Origin: Raillietiella orientalis
Lineage: Eukaryota
Reading direction: 5' to 3'
Length of the DNA: 64,000 nt
Assembly (NCBI GenBank): GCA_036172245.1
Contig: JAYWIR010000006.1
Coordinates: forward strand, 2,418,001-2,482,000
A program made the translations under genes and the position numbers. Shown here in pieces: positions 60,410-64,000 of the stretch. Under the pieces are notes generated by a model, which was given only the letters and a program-made list of their open reading frames with translations, was not told the DNA's origin and ran no database searches. Each line of letters opens with the position of its first letter. Within the stretch, counting starts at the first letter, position 1.

Positions 60410-61050
60410 TCAGGTTGTGAGGGACAATGAGGGAGGGGACCGCTCTATGAATCCTTAAGGACTCCGGAGGAAGAGACTCCCCTTCCTCTTACGCTTGGGA
60501 GGAAAACCCCCAAGCCAACCCTCGTCCTGGTTGTCTCCGAAAGGAACACCAAAGGAAACCCCTTCCGTATTGGCTCCGGAGGGGTCCCTTGGAGGCCGCT
60601 GCTCCTGGAATTTCTCCTCCGAGGGACCCCCCAGAAAGAATCCTCTCCACCTTTCTTCCTTTGAAGACAACCCGAAGTGTCCCCGAAGGAAGCAGCGTGC
60701 TTCTTCACACTCTGGAGAGGCAACCATGGTGCATGACGGAAGGTTTCTCCTGAGGGCAGGGTGGATCCATTTTCACAACCAGAGGGGATCCCTGAAGAGC
60801 TCCTTGATTGCTGGAAGGATCCCGGAGGATCAGCTCCCAGTTCCGGAGGCCAGTCAAGGGAGGCATCCGGGGGAGTTCTGGCTGCTTCCACCAACACCGC
60901 ACCCGAACAGGCCGACCAGCGTCATCTCGCGGGGAGGCTCGTAACCTACGACTCACTTATTTCTCGGAGTCGATCCTCTCCGCGTGGGGATTCGAACCCG
61001 CGAAGCCCGATGTAGCGCGCGGAGGCCGCAGCCACGCAGGGCCGCCAGTG
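60410..61050 (-). mobile_element. tRNA-headed SINE-like repeat, most complete copy
   Basis: B-box GGGTTCGAATCCC followed by AGGATCGAC..CGAGAA. The body motifs (AGATGAC..TGGTCGGCC, CCTCTCCAGAGTGT.AAGAAG, GTAAGAGGAAGG..CCTCCGGAG..GGATTCATAG) are shared with other copies. Confidence 0.75.
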
Positions 61051-61645
61051 CGTGCACTGAGGAAGGCACACCGCAAAAGCGAATACACCAGCAGCTTAGG
61101 AAGCGTGAGAAATAGGCAGCCGACTCTTTCGACTGTTATCCCTGGAAGGCGATGGAGTCTAATGGTGTTTCTTCCCGAATCTTCTTGGACCACCGGGAAC
61201 GCATCTGGGAGCAGGAAAGCAACAGCAAAACTGCTGGTTTTCGGGTGGACGTCTTTTTGTTTTGACCTGACCCCGAACTCCTAGCTCCATCGGCGGGATG
61301 GACCTGAGTCCTTCCGCGGTGTTCAGTGTCTCATGCACGACTGAGGGCTCGACATCACGCTACCTTGTCCATTTCGGAAGCCAAGCGACGCTCCCGCGCG
61401 ACGCAGACGGATGTGCCGCGCAGGAATATCCCTCTTTCTTCCCCACGCGCGGAGTGCACCCTGGAATACTCAGCCTAACCTCCTTCCCTCCCCCCAACGC
61501 TCCTGGAAGCTCCCGTCGAACCTCATCTCGTGCGACAAGCCCCTCCTTCCTTCCCCCCCTTCTTCCCCCCATCACTCCCGGAAAGCGGCTTTTTCTTTTT
61601 TTTTTTTTTTTCCGTCCACTTCGCTAGTCTGGAGTGTCCACTTAC

Positions 61646-61742
61646 GTTGAAGTAGAGAGCTGGCGTCGGCAGGTACGTGTTGATGTCGATGTAAGAAAGT
61701 ATCTCCATCAGGTGGTTGTTGCGGGCAGCAGCAAAGCACAAC
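61646..61742 (-). CDS. SLC7 amino-acid transporter light chain (b0,+AT/SLC7A9-like), internal exon
   Basis: Minus strand ttttcAG|G, then LCFAAARNNHLMEILSYIDINTYLPTPALYFN|GTAAGT. This matches the SLC7 'RL.y.AAR.gHl..vLS.I.....TP.PAl' segment. The phase-0 end joins the 58943 exon. Confidence 0.9.
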
Positions 61743-64000
61743 CTGAAAATCAGGATTCGTGGTCGTTGCGCACAGTCCTCGTGGAAGTGGACGCAGCGCC
61801 GCGTTCCGCGCGCCGCGGGGACCTGCTCCCGAGACGGGATCGCGCGCAACCCCTTCCTCCCGTCTCTGGGGAAAGGTGGAAAGCGAGCAGCCGCCAGGCG
61901 GCGTCCCGGAGCTGCTGCGAGGGCGAGAGATGGCAGGGACGTGCGGGGCTCGCGCGTCTCACACGGCACTCGACAGGCTGCAGCGCGGTCGCCGTTTGGG
62001 ATCGGAGGGGGTGGGAAGGGAATAACGGCGAAGCCAGGGGAGCGTCCTTTGCGCAGAAATGTGGTCAGTCGGTGTCTCTTGGTGCTTCTTCTCGGCGATG
62101 GGTGCTGCTTGTTTCTCTTTCTGAGACACGCCCTGACATCTACCGGCCGCTCCGTGAGACACGGAAGCAAGCAACGGCAGCGGCGAGCCTGCGCGCAGCG
62201 AAAACGTTCGGAATCAGAGCTCTTCGAGGAAGGGTGAGAGGAGCCGAGCTCGGGATGCGCCTTCACTGTGGGCTTGGGGAGGGTTTGTTTTCCTGTTGAC
62301 CCTGGCTACTGGCGCGCAGCACGCACGGGAACCGCGCCAGACTGAGAGGCGACTGGGACGCCTCGCTCCTGTAGGACACCTCCGCCGACATGCCCCTTTT
62401 CTCGTCTTCTCCCCCCCATCCCCACCTCACCCCTCCTCCAGATACGAATTCATTGTGGAAGCCCTCGGGTTGCGATGGCCCGGCGACGGTCACTACTATG
62501 GGGAAGGAAGGAGACTGGCGCCCGCCTCGGAGCGGGAGATCGGCAAGCAGAGGAAAAGGAATGATGCGGCAAACGCGGAGAAACGGCGACGCCTCCGCGA
62601 CCATTCCGTGGCACGAAGGGGGGAGTAGGGGTGGGGGAGTTCAGCTCCGGCCAGCCGAGAGATGCCCGAAGGCACACCTCCGCTCGATCCAAGAGGACTC
62701 CGTTTTCAGATCTTTCGACCCCTCTCTGCTGTGCCGGCGGAACCGCGGCGCTTGTTTTCCGGGAAGGAATTCCCGGAAGAATGACGTCCATGGTAGCAGC
62801 TTCCTGCATTAGCGCCACACATTGTAAGGAATTTTCTTATCGACTGTTGCATTTAATTTGCAATCCGGACTATGCACACACATTTGACCTTATGCCCTCG
62901 AGAGCAGCCATCAGCACACATAGGGTGAGCTACGGAAAAAGACTTTCCCGCCTCGCCGAGTTTGCATCGTTGGGCGCCACGCTGACGTCACGGCGCCCGT
63001 CCACGGGGCGCGACTTTTCCAAACGATTCCGCGGACGCTCGTCTCCCGAAGAGAAGTCCGTCCGCAGGGAGCACAGGAGGTTTCGGCGGAAGACGCAGAA
63101 TCCTCAACGGAACTTCGTAGCCTGGAAACCGGTCGGGGTCCATCTCGTTCCTCGCTTGCTCCCGTCGCAGCTCATCGTAATGCAGGGCGAGCCGCTGACC
63201 AGCCGGCCCGCCTCGAGCCGGGCCTCGAGGCCGCACTCGAGGCGCGCCACTTCCCAGCGGCTCGCTCCGTGTCTTCGGATCGCATTGTTGGGCGCCATGT
63301 TGCTCTAGAGACGTCACGCTGACGTCACGCCGCGAAGCCGGACTTCCGGAGCGCTGCTTCCCAGTCTCTCTCCCGACATTGTGTAGCATAAAATTTTTTA
63401 ACGAGTTGATTAAACTTATTTATATCACATCTGGCATGCAATATAACATTCATAATGACGTTCTGGGAAGAAAGGCAAACGTATGCACTGATTTATGAGC
63501 ACCATAGAACATCGATTCATACGGTAGTCTTCCTGATAACGCGGGACATACGTTCCGAGCCATACATGAATAATGAGAGGCGGGCATTCATGGAAGACGC
63601 CAAATGCAACTGGCGCCATGTTATTCGCGGAAGTTTGAATGAAATAGTACTACTCAAATTACGTGCTCGCATTCTTTTAGAAGCAGGTGACACTGCGCCA
63701 CGAAGTTGAAATTCACCCGCGGCGCCCTACGCTGCAGATTTCACCCGCATTATACGAGGGTGAAATTGCGCCGCCGCCGCGCCACACTCCGAAACTTCCC
63801 GGCGGTCATTCAGCGAGAATTCAGCCCGCGGCGGCGCTGCGGCGGCGCTTTCCTTCCTCCCGCGCTCCTGAAACGTCCCTTCGAGCCCCGAAAGATCCTT
63901 TCGGGTTGCGACAGGGGCAGGAAGCAGGTCCGTTCGGAAAGCGGGGTTTGGCTCCCAGAGCTCCACAACCGCGACGCCGGCAGAGAAATTCGGGAGTGCT

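Noticed and set aside
1..64000. CRISPR array, retron/DGR or other prokaryotic RT system
   Set aside because: There are no regularly spaced repeats or operons. The RT has eukaryotic non-LTR motifs with a C-terminal CCHC finger, and the host genes have spliceosomal introns.

Overview
This is GC-rich, CpG-rich eukaryotic DNA, most likely from an arthropod. That assignment is inferred from a GbXL-type globin and degenerate (TTAGG)n-like repeats. Two spliced host genes are well supported and converge on each other. One is a globin X-like (GbXL) gene on + with three coding exons at 49033-53655, canonical B12.2 and G7.0 introns, and a first (MGC-type) exon that was not found. The other is the 3' part of an SLC7 (b0,+AT/LAT-type) amino-acid transporter on - with four exons at 58387-61742; its upstream exons are probably beyond the window. 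Most of the remainder is decayed mobile DNA. It includes about 8 or more copies or fragments of one L1/Tx1-like non-LTR retrotransposon family, among them a head-to-head pair at about 6.2-14 kb that shares a 770-bp near-identical tract anchored on a palindromic YADD site. It also holds at least 5 copies of a ~600-bp tRNA-headed SINE-like repeat, scattered Ty3/gypsy RT and integrase relics, several short inverted-repeat pairs and a 700-bp CCTAA-like array. No prokaryotic system, CRISPR array or rRNA is present. Most ORFs in the track are spurious GC-rich or antisense frames. Repeat boundaries are approximate and were aligned by eye.
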